A stretch of 64,000 nucleotides of DNA, from NCBI RefSeq assembly GCF_009914755.1, contig NC_060929.1; one strand, written 5' to 3'. This document shows positions 1 to 12,539 of this stretch, one piece after another. The first letter of the stretch is position 1. Each line of letters opens with the position of its first letter. Origin of the DNA: the human T2T-CHM13v2.0 reference genome, Homo sapiens. The notes beneath the pieces were generated by a model. It searched no databases and was not told where the DNA came from. It was given only the letters and a program-made list of their open reading frames with translations. Position numbers and translations under genes: made by a program.

Positions 1-170
1 CACACAGGGTCCAAGGAGCCATAAGGATGACATCAGGGAAGTCTAAGAATCTCCTGAAATGGTTTGCAAAATATACTGGGCATTTTTTTTTTTCAGGGAA
101 AAGGAATCATAGCATTCATCAGCTTTTCAAGGGGGCCCAGAGTTCAAAAGCAGTTAAAAAATTTACAGCT
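1..170. mobile_element. hAT-Charlie-type DNA transposon fragment
   Basis: catcagcttttcaagggggccc...aaaagcagttaa resembles Charlie/MER terminal sequence. Confidence 0.4.
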
Positions 171-295
171 TCAAAGAAATTTTTCTAGTGGATATAAGGT
201 GGGACTAGATTCTAAGGTATTTCTTCCCCCAGGTTTAAGATTCCTTGGACTGTTAAATACATTTTTTAAGAAACACAAATTTATTATTATTAACT

Positions 296-460
296 ATTAT
301 TCACTGTGTGCTTATTATATGCTACACAAAGTGCTAGATATTCTATTTGAATGGTCTCATTTAGTGTCTCAAGAAATTCTTTGAAATTAAGCACTATTAT
401 TATTCTTATTTTGGAGGTGATGAAACAGGCATGGAAGTTTGCCCAAGGTCACAGAAGGTT
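296..460 (-). mobile_element. MIR SINE
   Basis: tctcatttag...gatgaaacaggc...gcccaaggtcacag core. Confidence 0.65.
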
Positions 461-527
461 TCAGATTCCTCTCTTGGTAGATACGTTCTTCAAGTTTGGC
501 CTTTTTATGCCTTATAAATGTAATGTT

Positions 528-849
<322 letters not shown>

Positions 850-909
850 TTAATCCAGATTTTATAGGATATAAAACTAAAGTTTCTCTTGGACATTTTA
901 AAGGCAGAT

Positions 910-941
910 GATAATAATAATAATAGTAATAATAATAATAA
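910..941. repeat. (TAA)n microsatellite
   Basis: ataataataataatagtaataataataata. Confidence 0.85.
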
Positions 942-2066
942 CAACTACCATTTATTTACTGCCTACTTTCTGTGTTGAGACATTTATCTCATTTAATACT
1001 ATAGTTGTAAAGTTGGGACTGGGAGAAATTATTTTATCCACGGGCCCCTAGACTTTGAAGGAGAGGGTTGAGGACAGCTCTGCAGACAGCTGGGGGTGGA
1101 CATTGGGCTGGGGGTCTGCGCCCCTTTGTGTATCTGTTCCCATGAGAAGCCATTGGAATAGATTTCCAGGGAAGTGCAGAAAACCCCTAGCATCTGGAGT
1201 GGGTGGGCATCCAGGTAAGACAGTGGCAACTGGACATTTCCTAAAGTCCCAAGAACGATGCTCTGGCCCTGGGCTAAACACAGAGAGGAAAATTGAGGCG
1301 GTAAACCTGAAGGGTTCAGGGGCCACCCCAGAGCTGCCTGGCTCCAGGTGGCTCAGAGAGGCTGTGACACCAGCAGGGACCCCATGGCTGCATCTTAGGT
1401 CTGTGCCCTCTCTTTCACCCCAGCTCCTTCAGGCTCAGGGAAAGGAGCAAGTGAGTAGCCTTCTGGTGGGCTAACACTCCAGAGTTAGGGAGTCCTCGGC
1501 AAGGTGGGGAGGGAGCTGCGCCTTTGGGTCTGGAAGGATCCCCCAACCTTCTTGGCATGCTTCAGCCTTCTACAGCCTCCTTGAATTGGAATAGGATGTC
1601 AAAGGCCCATATCGCATTACCACTCCTCTGAAGTAGCTAATCCCTCACTTAAAGCACATGCCAACCACATTGTCAAGGAAAAGTTTGCCTCAGTCCTCTT
1701 GGAAGTGCAGCTGCCTGGCTGACTTTTATTTTCTTGAAACCAGAACCTGATGCTTAAATCGTCTGGGGAATCTCATATGGGCAGACACATGGAGAGAGGG
1801 ACAGTGTTTTTTATTTAGTTCTTCATTCAACAGATGAGTCTCCAAAATACCTGGTGCCTCCCAGCGAACAATCTGACAACATCAGATCCAGGCTGCAGGG
1901 AAGGCAGGCCAGGCTGGAACAGGGGATTTTAGGGTACTCTATGGGGTTAAAGAGTTACCATAACTTCTAAAGGGCCCAAACTCACTTACGAGTTGGTGAT
2001 CCAAGCGGAGAGGTTGACTGATCATTCCTTAGCCGTCATATATACTTTTCTGCTAGGCCCTGTCAG

Positions 2067-2200
2067 TGGGGTGATTATACAGTATATCAGCCATACTCGG
2101 ACTCTTTTGAGAGTGAAAGGGAACATTCTTCATAATTGCATTGGGTCAATTACCATAAACCAGGACTGTCTCAGGCCAACCAGAATATGTGGTCATCCAA
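2067..2200 (+). mobile_element. hAT-Blackjack MITE (MER94-like)
   Basis: gggtga...cttttgagagtgaaaggg...aaaccaggactgtc...tatgtggtcatcc, with degenerate TIRs. Confidence 0.7.
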
Positions 2201-3194
2201 CCTAGGAGTGTCCAAAACTTTTAACACTGCCCAGGACAATTTAGCTTCTCTAAACCTTAAGTTCTTCATCTGCAAAACAGGACTTATAGTGGAGTTTGGT
2301 GAGAAAGAAAGTGCGGTTGTTGCTATTGTGTTGGTTAAACTTTGCTCCCCTCAAAATATGTGGAATCAGCAGGATTGGTACCCTAGTAGCTATAAATGAA
2401 TTGAAGGGTATGCTTTGTCTCGTACTTTTCTTGGCTTATGACATTTTTTTTGGCTGTACCGATGTGAATACCTAACTCCAGTCTATCTTTGCAGGCCATT
2501 ATTTCAGGGGAAAAAAGCCTTTGTGATTTAGAAATGATTCTTGTGTGAGCACTGCCTTTAAATAACAATGGGTTGAAAGAAAGAGCTTGTTGCTTCATCA
2601 TCCCCGTTGCTCTGGGGGAAAAACTTTGAATATTAGATCAGAGTCTCATCTGCATCTAATTAGACATGCCTACCACTCATCCCGGAATATCAACTCTGTC
2701 CTCATTGTGAAATGGGGCAGATTATTTGAAATCCAGCTTTGAATTGATTTTTTACCCAACAGAAGATCATTTTGCTTCTAACCAAAGCGTTGAGTTGAAC
2801 TTGACGACATCATGGTCATTTTGCGTCTTCAGTGTATTTGGTGTTGGGGGAAAACCAACCCTGCTGCTCCTCTACTGAAGTGGAATTTGTGTCTACCAAA
2901 TGAGAGCTGGAGCAGCCGTTTCACAGCTCCGGGGCTCCCTTTCTGGATCGGGGGGAGAGGCTCTAGAGGAGCATGTGATTTCTGCAGATGTCTGCCTGTA
3001 GGAGACAGAACTAGACACCAGCAAAACAAACCTGGCTGAGGCTGGTTGTTCGTGTGGCCCAGGTTAACTGGGTGATTAATCTCCATTTGATAAACAGGGG
3101 GTCAGCCCTGAGCCGGAGCATGAGAGCACAGTGGAGCATCCTGTGGGCTGGGGTGGACAGGAACTGTAAGACACTGTGTACTTCAGAGAGCAGA

Positions 3195-3415
3195 CAGTCT
3201 CCTTGCAGCCCGACACACGTGGGTTTGAATCCTGTCTCTTCCACCTGCTAGCTGTGTGAACACGAGTGATGTGTTCACCTCACTGAGCCTTGTTTTCCTC
3301 ATCTGTAAAATGGAGCTTCAATAGAACACCCCCGTTGTGGTCGTTACCAGGATTCAATGAGATAGGGTATGTAAGGCCCTCCACACAGGGTCTGGCTCAC
3401 AGTAGGTAATAATTA
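3195..3415 (+). mobile_element. MIR SINE (head + core; donor of the duplication)
   Basis: gggtttgaatcctgtctcttccac..gctgtgtga..ttcctcatctgtaaaatgg. Confidence 0.8.
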
Positions 3416-3542
3416 CACTAGTCCTTGTCGCTGTCCTCATGCAGCCTCGGGGAACTTGGAAAGCTCTTGGCTGAGACACCCGGACTCTTGGCTGCCCTCT
3501 GGTGGTGAGGCTCAGCGCGGACCTGCGTGGAGGAAGCTGGGA
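3264..3542 (+). repeat. Local direct duplication, copy A (MIR 3' part + unique flank)
   Basis: Collinear with 7256-7539, e.g. cctcatctgtaaaatggagcttcaatagaac and cacagggtctggctcacagtagg are shared. Confidence 0.92.
3491..3505 (-). promoter_or_regulatory. CTCF-like motif CCACCAGAGGGCAGC
   Basis: Matches the CCASYAGRKGGCRS consensus on minus. Confidence 0.7.
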
Positions 3543-4624
3543 AATGTTACTTTGAAAGCAAGAAAATAGCTTAGGGTTTTAGTGCTTTCTTGAAGACCTC
3601 CAAGAATATCCATGTAACTTTTCAAAAACAGGAGGAGAAGAAAACACCCCAGGGGCTCTAAAAAGCAGCACGGTGTCTTCCTTGTGTGGAGGTTGAGCAG
3701 GAAGGGTTGTGTGGGCTTCTTTGCCTTTGAGGTTCCGGAGGCCCCCATCACGGTGTCCTGGCAGGACAGGCAGAGAGAAGGGAGCTGGGCGAGAGGGGAG
3801 TGGGGACTGAGGCTGGGGCTGGGCTCTGTGGACATGCATCTGGGGCATGGCCGATGCTCCCGGGCCTCCTCTAAATCCCCCAGTGTTCTCTACTTCTCTG
3901 CCCCTGGTGCTCTGCCGCAGCTAGCCCATCTCATCGCACATGGGCGTGGCGGCCACGGGCCATGTGAGAGCCAGGATGGAATCAGCACCTTTTTTTTTTT
4001 TTTCTTGCCTGATAATGACTTGCAATCTGCCATGAGCCTTCCCAGGACTGACAGATGTCTTGATCAGTCTCCTCCTCTGACCCTGGGTGAGACACCCGCT
4101 CTTTGGGGCTGCCCCAGAGTCTGCCGTGAGTCCGTCTGGCAGTCAGACCAACAGGCAATTTCAGGCAGCTTCTTTGCCTCCCTGTAGACTGAGTTTCTGG
4201 AGGGGCCATCTCCAGCATCCAGCACAGAGCAGATGTTTAATCATGCAACAGTAGCTGGGTGAATGAATGGTTGAACTCTGTCCTTGAGGATAAAGGAGCA
4301 CAGCCAGTCATACCTCTGTTCCCCATGGTGCCCAGCAGAGTTTTGCACATAGCAGTAGCTCAGGAATGCGTGAAGAAAGCATGTTCTCAGGGATCTCCCT
4401 ATGATCCTAATATTAATTCAACTGTGTTTGAATACCTCGTAAGTGCTATCATAGATTCTGGGAGGTTTTTACAAAGCAGCATATGACACAGCTCCTGGTT
4501 TCTAAGAAGGGCTTCTTCTTAGATGCTCAGGTTCAAATAAAACTGTTAAACTGTAGTGCAGATTATGTAATAATTCAGGACCAAAATGAGTCACCTATAT
4601 GGATATTAGAGTTGATACTGGAGG

Positions 4625-4812
4625 CAGGGTTGGCCCCATGGGTTTGTGACATGTGAGTTGCACAGAGCATGTCTGGAAAGGGCCCCATGCTTGGTTTAAT
4701 GCCCTGCTGTTGCCGTCTAGAAATTCTTAATAATTTTTGAACGGGAGGCCTGCATCTTTTTTTTTTTTTTTTTTTTTTGCACCTAGGCCTGCAAATTATG
4801 TAGTCAGTCCAG
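4625..4812 (+). mobile_element. MER91A-like hAT-Tip100 element with expanded internal T-run
   Basis: cagggttggc...gcttggtttaatgc...gaaattcttaataatttttgaac...caaattatgtag. Confidence 0.8.
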
Positions 4813-6638
4813 GATGACCAGGAGAAGCTCTGAGTGGAGTAGATCTGAGAGCGGTCAGGTGAGGTGGAGGAGTTGAACTGCAGGGCTAGGCTGGAGCTCT
4901 CTGAGGACATGGCCATGCTGGTGTCAGCCCACTACAGCACCAGGGCCTGCTCAGGACGAGCCTATGGGAAGTCAGGGCAATGGCATTTGGAATCAAAACA
5001 AGCCTAACTGTGAGGATGCAGTGGCTCCAGTGGAGGTGGGGCCTGTATGTGGGCCGGGTCTGCCCTGTGTGCAGAGGAGAAGCTTGCTCTTATCCAGGGA
5101 AGCCCATGAGAGCCACCAGTGCAGAGCCCGCTCTGAAAGGCCACCTGGCCTTGCTTTGCTGCACTGGGATTACTCTCTTTCCTGGAAGCTGGCAAGTGGA
5201 CACTTCATAGGGATACTGGGAGGCCCAGAGAAGAGGTACAGGAAACAGGTCTGTAGCCGGGGAGAGAAGATTCTTCCCTGGAGCCTCGCACAGTTCTAGG
5301 CGCCTGTGGGTCCTCATTTGGTGTTTGGTGAAGTGTTTGGGCTCAGAGTCTATTCTTAGTGGTCAGGTTAATCCCTGTCTGCGGGAGGAAAGGGCCCAAG
5401 CTCTCCCTGGAAGCATAGCCCAGCCTCTGTTGTCCTGGGACCCCATCTCTGTAGGGAATGGAGATATTTACATGCAGACTCTCCACCGTTTCTGCGCTTT
5501 GACCAGCTGAGGCTTGACTTCCAGGACTTCCTCTACTGTCCTAAGCAAAGTGCTTCACTTCTCTGGGCACCTGCCACATAGCGCATTGTGGGAGTGCAGA
5601 CAGAGCATGTGGGGCCAGTGCTTGGGTGAGTGCCCGGATCAGTGGCTGGACCAGTGTGAGGTGACACTGTTGCTGTTATTAATGATCCAATCTGTAACTT
5701 GGGATGTCAGAGAAGGGAGGGACCATCGGGGCCAGCAGAGTTAGAGGAGGGTGGCCTAGCACTAGAGCCACAGGCAGGACGAGGAGAGCCCCAGCAAAGA
5801 CAGGGAGTGTGTATGGCTTGTTTACAAGCGGCACCCCACGGCCTGTGCTGTCTTGGAGCAGCTTTTGCTCTCGGTGGCCGGGGCTCTTCAGCCAGCTTTG
5901 TACACTGCCCTTCCCTCCTGAGGCTCCACTGGTGCTGCTCTGAGGCCAGGCAGGGTTCAGGGCTCCCAGCAAGAGGCTTGGCCTCTGCTCTGCCCTGCCC
6001 TGCCCTGGTATGCACTGTCTTCTGGGGCTCTTGCATTCTGTTCTGTCTGTTGGTCTTGGGGTTTCCCTGTCTAGTCTACCTTCTTTCTCCATAATGAAGG
6101 GAAAGGCAGGGCTGCTGCAGGGCATTCATGGTCACCAGCTCACTGTGGCCTCAGCTTGCCCCTCCTCCACCCCTCAGCAGAAAGGCTGCCAGGCCCAGCC
6201 ATTGGAGGGTGTGATGAGTGGTAGCTGTGTGACTCTGGGCAACTTTCTCAACCTCTCTGATCTTCAGCTTCCTCAGGAATACATGTGGTGTAATCTGAAG
6301 CCGCCAGGAGGAAATAAGATGGTGATAAAAGCGTTTGTGGTAGCATCTTGCCGGGGACATGCTGAGACAGGGTACTTGCTGGGTGTCCTCGTAAGTGTGT
6401 GCAGAACCAGTGTTTCAGGAAGCTTCCGGGGAGGTGAAGGGGACATGGGTGACTGGCTTCCAGTTGCTAGTGTAGCAGACAGGGTGGAGTCCTTCTGGGT
6501 GTGGAGAACCCAGGGAAGGCAGAGAGGCCTGTTTCAGGGCCTGGCTGACTTTAGGATACGGTGAGATGCAGGGCTGTGGGTAGTTGGTACAAAGTGCAAA
6601 GTGGCTGGTCTGGTGTTGTGCTTATTAAAATAGCTTCT

Positions 6639-6944
<306 letters not shown>

Positions 6945-7255
6945 TTACCACGTGCTCACCATGCCCTGGTATCCTGCTAAGTGCTTTACATGGGCCTACG
7001 ACATGCAGTCCCTAGAAGCACAATGAGGTGTGCCCTACTGTCCACCTGTCCACCTGGCAGGAGCAGGAACAGCTCCAGTATCTCCCAGGCGTGGCTCCCA
7101 CGCCTCCAGAGTCCAGAGTCTGCCCAGCTCCAGAGTCCCACAGCCTCCCAGGTGGGCATTTCCCACCTCCCCGAGTCCCCCTGGCATCTTGGGGCCCTGG
7201 ACCCCAGGGTATCTTGACTGGCCCCATCTACTATCTTCTCTAAGTGGGAGAATAT

Positions 7256-7539
7256 GAGTGATGTGCTCACCTCTTTAAGCCTTGGTTTCCTCATCTGTAA
7301 AATGGAGCTTCAATAGAACCACCCCCGTTGTGGTTGTTACCAGGATTCAAAGAGATAGGGCATGTAAGGCTCCCCGCACAGGGTCTGGCTCACAGTAGGC
7401 AATAATTACACCAGTCCTCTATTGTTGCCGTCCTTATGCAGCCCCAGGGAACTTGGAGAGCCCTTGGCTGAGGCATCCAGCCTCTTTGCTGCCCTCTGGT
7501 GCTGAGGCTCAGTGTGGTCTTGCGTGGAGGAGGCTGGGA
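7256..7539 (+). repeat. Local direct duplication, copy B
   Basis: Collinear with 3264-3542, including non-repeat sequence. Confidence 0.92.
7488..7502 (-). promoter_or_regulatory. CTCF-like motif GCACCAGAGGGCAGC (duplicated copy)
   Basis: One mismatch from the 3491-3505 motif; same orientation. Confidence 0.55.
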
Positions 7540-7770
7540 TCGTGACCCTCTAGTTCCCTGTGCTCCAACCTGCCTGCTCTGATACACCTGCTGCAGGGGT
7601 AGGAATCGTCGGGGAAGGAGCCTTAGCCTCAAGGCCTGGCTTCTTGGCTTCCTGACTGTAATGACAGCTCCACACGTTCCACAGAGGTGATGGTGTTGAC
7701 AGGTATTTGGGAAATACCAGTTTTCTTTCCCAGCATATTTGTCCTTATTTTTTCAGGACATGGTAAACAT

Positions 7771-7776
7771 TTTATT
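7771..7776 (-). terminator. Polyadenylation signal AATAAA (distal, alternative)
   Basis: tttatt on plus, 72 nt beyond the first signal. Confidence 0.6.
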
Positions 7777-7842
7777 GTCATCCTAGCTTAATTAAATAGA
7801 AAAAAGGTGGCAGTCTAGAATTTTGGTACATTTCAAATATAT

Positions 7843-7848
7843 TTTATT
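7843..7848 (-). terminator. Polyadenylation signal AATAAA (proximal)
   Basis: tttatt on plus; T-rich sequence follows on the minus strand. Confidence 0.75.
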
Positions 7849-8883
7849 ACTTTCCATCTTAGAAAGAATATGAAACCTGCATGCAATGCTAATGGTTTCT
7901 GACATGTACATAGCATATAACACAGCAGTACAATGCGGCATATACTGGGGGGCAGTGTGTGGAGGGGGCGTTCTTAAGGGTATATGTACAGAGGAAAGGG
8001 CGCATGGTCATCTTAGCTTTCGAAAGAGGACTGCACTGTTTAACATTGAAGAATTACATGGGGAATCACAAATATATTGCTTTAGTACTGCATGTTCTGT
8101 TGTGGTGAGGGAAAGAAACATGCTTTGAAGGTTTTCCCTTGTCAACAGAATGTGTGTCTGTAGCTGTGTATTGCGCATGTATTCATATATTTTTAAGTTT
8201 TCTCCTAAGGTTTTTGCTGACAGTGTTGGGAACCTCACATGCTTCTGAAGCATTAAATATTGAACCTGTGAACCTTTCAGAAATCCTCAGGTTGGGAAAG
8301 ACCCCACACCTTCTTTAAGGATCATTTGTCTCGCCATCACAGGATCTTGGAAATGTTTCCTAGGGTGTGTAAAAATTAACCAGGGGGGAATGAAGCACAT
8401 TTTTCTGGCAACCAAACTTGAGTTCCTCAGAGAACAGATGCAGAGAGACCTGCTCCTGCTTGCCCGGCTACAGGGGCCACTGTGGAGTCACACTGAGGCT
8501 GTGACCGGCCATAAGCCCAGGAGAGCCCGTGGCAGCTGTGCCGAGGCGCCAGGACCTCTAAGCGGAAGCTTCCCAAGCTAGGAATGGAGCAACACTGCAA
8601 TGAAATGTGTCCACCAAGCTCATTGTTCCTCCCGGGCGCTTATAAAGCTCAGATGTATAGTGACGTATGGACAAATACAAAAAAGCATTTTTTAAAAAGG
8701 AAAGGCATGAGTTTTCCCCTTTTTGATAAAAAGCAGCCTGTGATGAAGTCTGGAGCACAAGAGAGATGGGTCTCCCATCTGGAAGCCTTTCGCACGCAGC
8801 TATAAAATGTAAAAACTGACCGTTGGTAAAAAGTGCTTCATAACAATATATAATTTGTGTCTTATGCCTGTGAGAAAGAAAGG

Positions 8884-8884
<1 letters not shown>

Positions 8885-8928
<44 letters not shown>
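8885..8928 (-). repeat. A44 homopolymer within the CXCL14 3' UTR
   Basis: 44 consecutive T on plus, ~67 nt downstream of the stop codon. Confidence 0.95.
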
Positions 8929-8931
<3 letters not shown>

Positions 8932-8995
8932 CTGCAAAGTCCTTTGCACAAGTCTCCCAACTGGTTTGGAGTTTTCCCTTCTGAGGTTTTTCACC

Positions 8996-9011
8996 CTATT
9001 CTTCGTAGACC
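8996..9011 (-). CDS. CXCL14: CXCL14 coding part of exon 4 (16 nt): R-VYEE-stop
   Basis: Polypyrimidine acceptor ttttttctccccag|G GTC TAC GAA GAA TAG. Exon sum 64+106+114+16=300 nt = 99 aa + stop. Confidence 0.97.
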
Positions 9012-10849
9012 CTGGGGAGAAAAAACACATGTGTAAGTGGCTCAGGACATGAGGCAGGCCGTTCACAAGATGCTGGCTAAGCGGCTTCATTCACGTCTGG
9101 TCTGCAGGGAATGCCCCTGTCCCAGAACTGCAGGAACCCCCAGGAGAAGTGGGAGGGATCCTTCTGAGGATGTGGTCCCGGGGACCATGAAAACTCACAC
9201 CAGTGTGGCTTTGTCTTTTCTAACCATCTGCAATCTCACTTCTGCAATCTCATTTTGTCCTCAGAGGCCTATGGAACAAACCCGCTTTGCATATGAGGAA
9301 ACTGAGGCACCACAGACTTAAGATTTGCCCAGTGGCCACCGACTGTTAGTGGCAGGAATGTAGTCTTTCTCTAGCATGGCGGGCTGCTCCCACACCTCCT
9401 TGTTTCTTTCCGCGTCTGTACTCAGCCTCTCTATTTAGAGAAAATAGCAAGGGTGGGAGGCATTCCCTTACTTGACTTAGGCTTGTATATTTCTTTGTAT
9501 TTTGCCCAAATAATGCATGTCCTCCAGAAGAATGCTAGCTCTAGAAGCTGCTTCCTGGAGACAGAAGAGGTGGTTGGTGGGGTGGGGCAGTGGTGCAGGA
9601 GGCCTGTGCCCCTCAGTCCCTGCTCCTGGCTGCATTGCCTCATCTCTACTCGTTCCCAGCCCCACCTTCCCCTCACCTCTCAAGCTGTGCCCAGTTAGAT
9701 ATTTTGCTTTCTTCTAGTTCTGCCCCATGGCTGCCCTGGGGCCATACGTTACACTTAGCCTATCACTTTTCTGTCTCGTTCTTGATTTCTGAGTAAGACC
9801 ACTGAATTATCCATTGAAATAAAATGCCTGACTAGGCTGCTTCCTGTGGTGGCCAGAAGCTCCCTGGAAGCTCTGGTCTCTGAAGTGCACAGAGCTCCTC
9901 TGTGTGGCCCCCATGGGCCTGAGCCCACCGTATACCCTTCTACTTCCTCCAACCTAGCTTTGGCATTCTCTTTCTCTCTCTCTCTGTACAAAGAGGACTT
10001 CAAACACTTCCTTTATCACTGTTCTATGTTCATTAAGATATTTTCAACTTGTTTCAGGGGAGGGAGGTGGGGAGGGCAGGGACCTCAACACTCTAAGAAA
10101 GAGGGGTGAACTAATTTTATAGCAAAGTGAGAGAAGGCCTGGTAGTGAGAGGCTCTCGTTGCTTTTGTTATTGGAATTTTCAGGAAAAAAAAAAGCAGGG
10201 CCATGTTTAGACCTGTGGGTGCCTCCTTTTCCAGGCTGCAGCTCAGGTGGAGGGGAGAAGCAAGGTGAGCTAAAGGTTTGAGTATCCCCCAGCAATCAGA
10301 TCAAGATGCCCTCAGCCTCTTCCATAACCTGCCCATGGGATTAGCCTTCTGCCAGTTTTGATGACACAGGGCCTGGAGGGTGACAGAGTGTGGACTGCGC
10401 AGTTCTGGCCTTTGCCACATGAGCTGCCTGGCTTGACCAGAAAGAGGGCTTCATTCCCAGCAGATTTATAGAAAATAATTTATTGCTCTCATCACTTTCT
10501 ATTTCAAGCAACTGCAGATGAGGCTGTTTTGGAGGCAGCAAAAAAGGCTCAGGTATAGGGGTTGAGCCCGAGTGTCAGCTCTGGGAGAGCTGGTCACAGG
10601 GCTGAGCTTGGGGTAGCATGGCTGGGCCAGGTGAGGGGAGGGCAATGCAGGCACCCACTATGGCTGTACCTTCCACCCTGTGAGGGCAGCTGGTGGGGTA
10701 GCACCAGGAGGCCTGGTTTGCTGTCCTGGCTTTGCCCTGTGCTCCCAGGCAAGTCACCCCTCTCTTCCATTTAGCCTTGATATCCCCCTCTGCAGCAGGG
10801 GTGCTGGCACTAGTTCCTGGGGAAGTCACCTGCATGGTGTGTGCATGCA

Positions 10850-10852
<3 letters not shown>

Positions 10853-10885
<33 letters not shown>
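10853..10885. repeat. (GT)16 microsatellite in CXCL14 intron 3
   Basis: Direct read. Confidence 0.95.
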
Positions 10886-10887
<2 letters not shown>

Positions 10888-11714
10888 TCCTGATCATGCT
10901 ATGCAGGCAAATGTGTAAACAGACTCTGCGTATCTGAGGAGTGAGACAGGACAGGCTACCTTCGCATGGTACAGGGGAGCTAGGAACTGGATTCTCCCTC
11001 CGAGGACAGACATAAGACCCCAGGAAACCAGAGATGGGAAGCCACCTTCTGATTTTAAGGAAACAGTGCCCAGTAAGTACAGGGCTGGTTCAGGGTGCTG
11101 GTGGTCTTAACACTGCTGCCCGCCTTGGTTAACAGTGGCTCTGATTTTAAAGAGCCAAACCTGTGGTGCCTTCCAGCACCTGCGAAGGAAGGAGTTTATC
11201 AGGTTTCTGGGCAGCAGAGGGAGTGGGGCACCTTGGAGAAGAAAACATGTTTCTGGCAAGGATCATCCTCAGCACCTCATGGTTTTATAGCGCAGTTTTA
11301 TAGCCAACATACACAGTCACCTAAGTGGTCACATTTCACCCCACTGAAGTCCTCAGAGCTCCCCTGGCAGCCATGCCAGTGCTCACTCTGCCATTTAACA
11401 ACTTACGTAACTGAAATAAAAAGAGGAATTAAGATTATAATGCAAATATTAGAGTGAGACAGACTTTAGTTTACAAAATGACAAACCTGCCATGCTTGCA
11501 AATGGACAAGAGATGGATAGCTAGCTTTGGTAAGTGGTGAGTTCCTTGTCCCTGGGGGTATGTAAGCATTGTCTGAGTATCTGTTTGCTGTGGATGTTGT
11601 GGTGGGTGTTCACATATTAGATGGGGCTAGATGACCTGGTGGGGGGGTCCCTTCCCATCCTGAGAGCCACAGCTGGGTCTGGTGGGAAGGAAGGTGAGTA
11701 GAGGCGGGGCGTAC

Positions 11715-11828
11715 CTGCGCTTCTCGTTCCAGGCGTTGTACCACTTGATGAAGCGCTTGGTGCTCTGCAGCTTGGGGTGCAGGCAGTGCTCCTGACCTCG
11801 GTACCTGGACACGCTCTTGGTGGTGATG
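11715..11828 (-). CDS. CXCL14: CXCL14 coding exon 3 (114 nt): [39 protein letters not shown]
   Basis: Peptide visible in ORF 11627..12124(-). Acceptor tttcag|C at 11829/11828 and donor AG|GTACGC at 11715/11714. Includes the CXCL14-specific VSRYR insert and the 4th Cys. Confidence 0.98.
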
Positions 11829-12539
11829 CTGAAACGGAGCAGGATGAGGTGGAGGGTTGAGGAGCCTGAATAACATGTTGCCTCTTGTGTGGCCTGTGAG
11901 TAGCCCTGGGCTAAGTCAGGGCCCTGAGAGACTGTGGCTTCCTGCCTCCTCTCAAGGGAGCCGACTTGTGTGCTCACTTCCAAGCTGGCTCTTTGGAAGG
12001 TTCTGGTTGTCCCCTTATTCTCTGACTCCATGTTAGGGCCTAACCCTGTATGTAGTGAGCAGCCCTCACTTTTCCCCTGGGAGTCCTGAGAGTCTGGGAT
12101 GGTCTCTCCCACCCCCAACCTCATGCAGTGTGTTGTCTCCAGGGCTCAGGCCTCTTTTGGGGAACAAAGGTCAGAGGACTCCCAGCCTCTCTGAGCCTGG
12201 GATCAGGAGGTGGAGAAAGCTAATGCCAGCAAGGTGCACATGCCAAAACCTCTGTCCTTGGATTTGAGGAGCTCATGGCAAGGCTCAGACATGCCCCGCA
12301 GACACTCTGATTTCTGTCTCCTCAACCCCAGTTCCCTCTGACCCACCACAGATTGTCCCAGGGCTGGGCATCTCCTGATCCTGAGGCAAAGTCTTGTTGG
12401 CCTTGTGGGAGGTCCCAGGTATCTCACCCCTAAGCAGAAGAGTAAGACCTCTCTTCTGCACAGCCTGAAGATCTCAGGCCTCTATCAGCCAATGTCCCAA
12501 CACCCAGCAGAAGCCTAGCCATGTGGTAGAGAAGCAGGT

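Larger units (their letters stand above)
7822..8995 (-). other. CXCL14: CXCL14 3' UTR (approx. 1.2 kb)
   Basis: Lies between the TAG (8996-8998) and the polyadenylation signals; AU-rich distal half. Confidence 0.85.

Noticed and set aside
1424-1450. Possible 27-nt plus-strand microexon (cccag|...CAA|GTGAGT); also a strong isolated donor CAG|GTGAGT at 39488/39489
   Set aside because: Isolated splice-like signals are common; no partner exons or coding support are visible.
5679-6564. Overlapping 109-184 aa ORFs downstream of CXCL14 (also 3684-4187, 27911-28402, 36553-37029, 45935-46429)
   Set aside because: No recognisable domains, promoter or exon structure; lengths are expected by chance in GC-rich, CpG-poor DNA.
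8800-9090. Poly-Lys / poly-Phe ORFs
   Set aside because: Artefacts of the A44/T44 tract in the 3' UTR.
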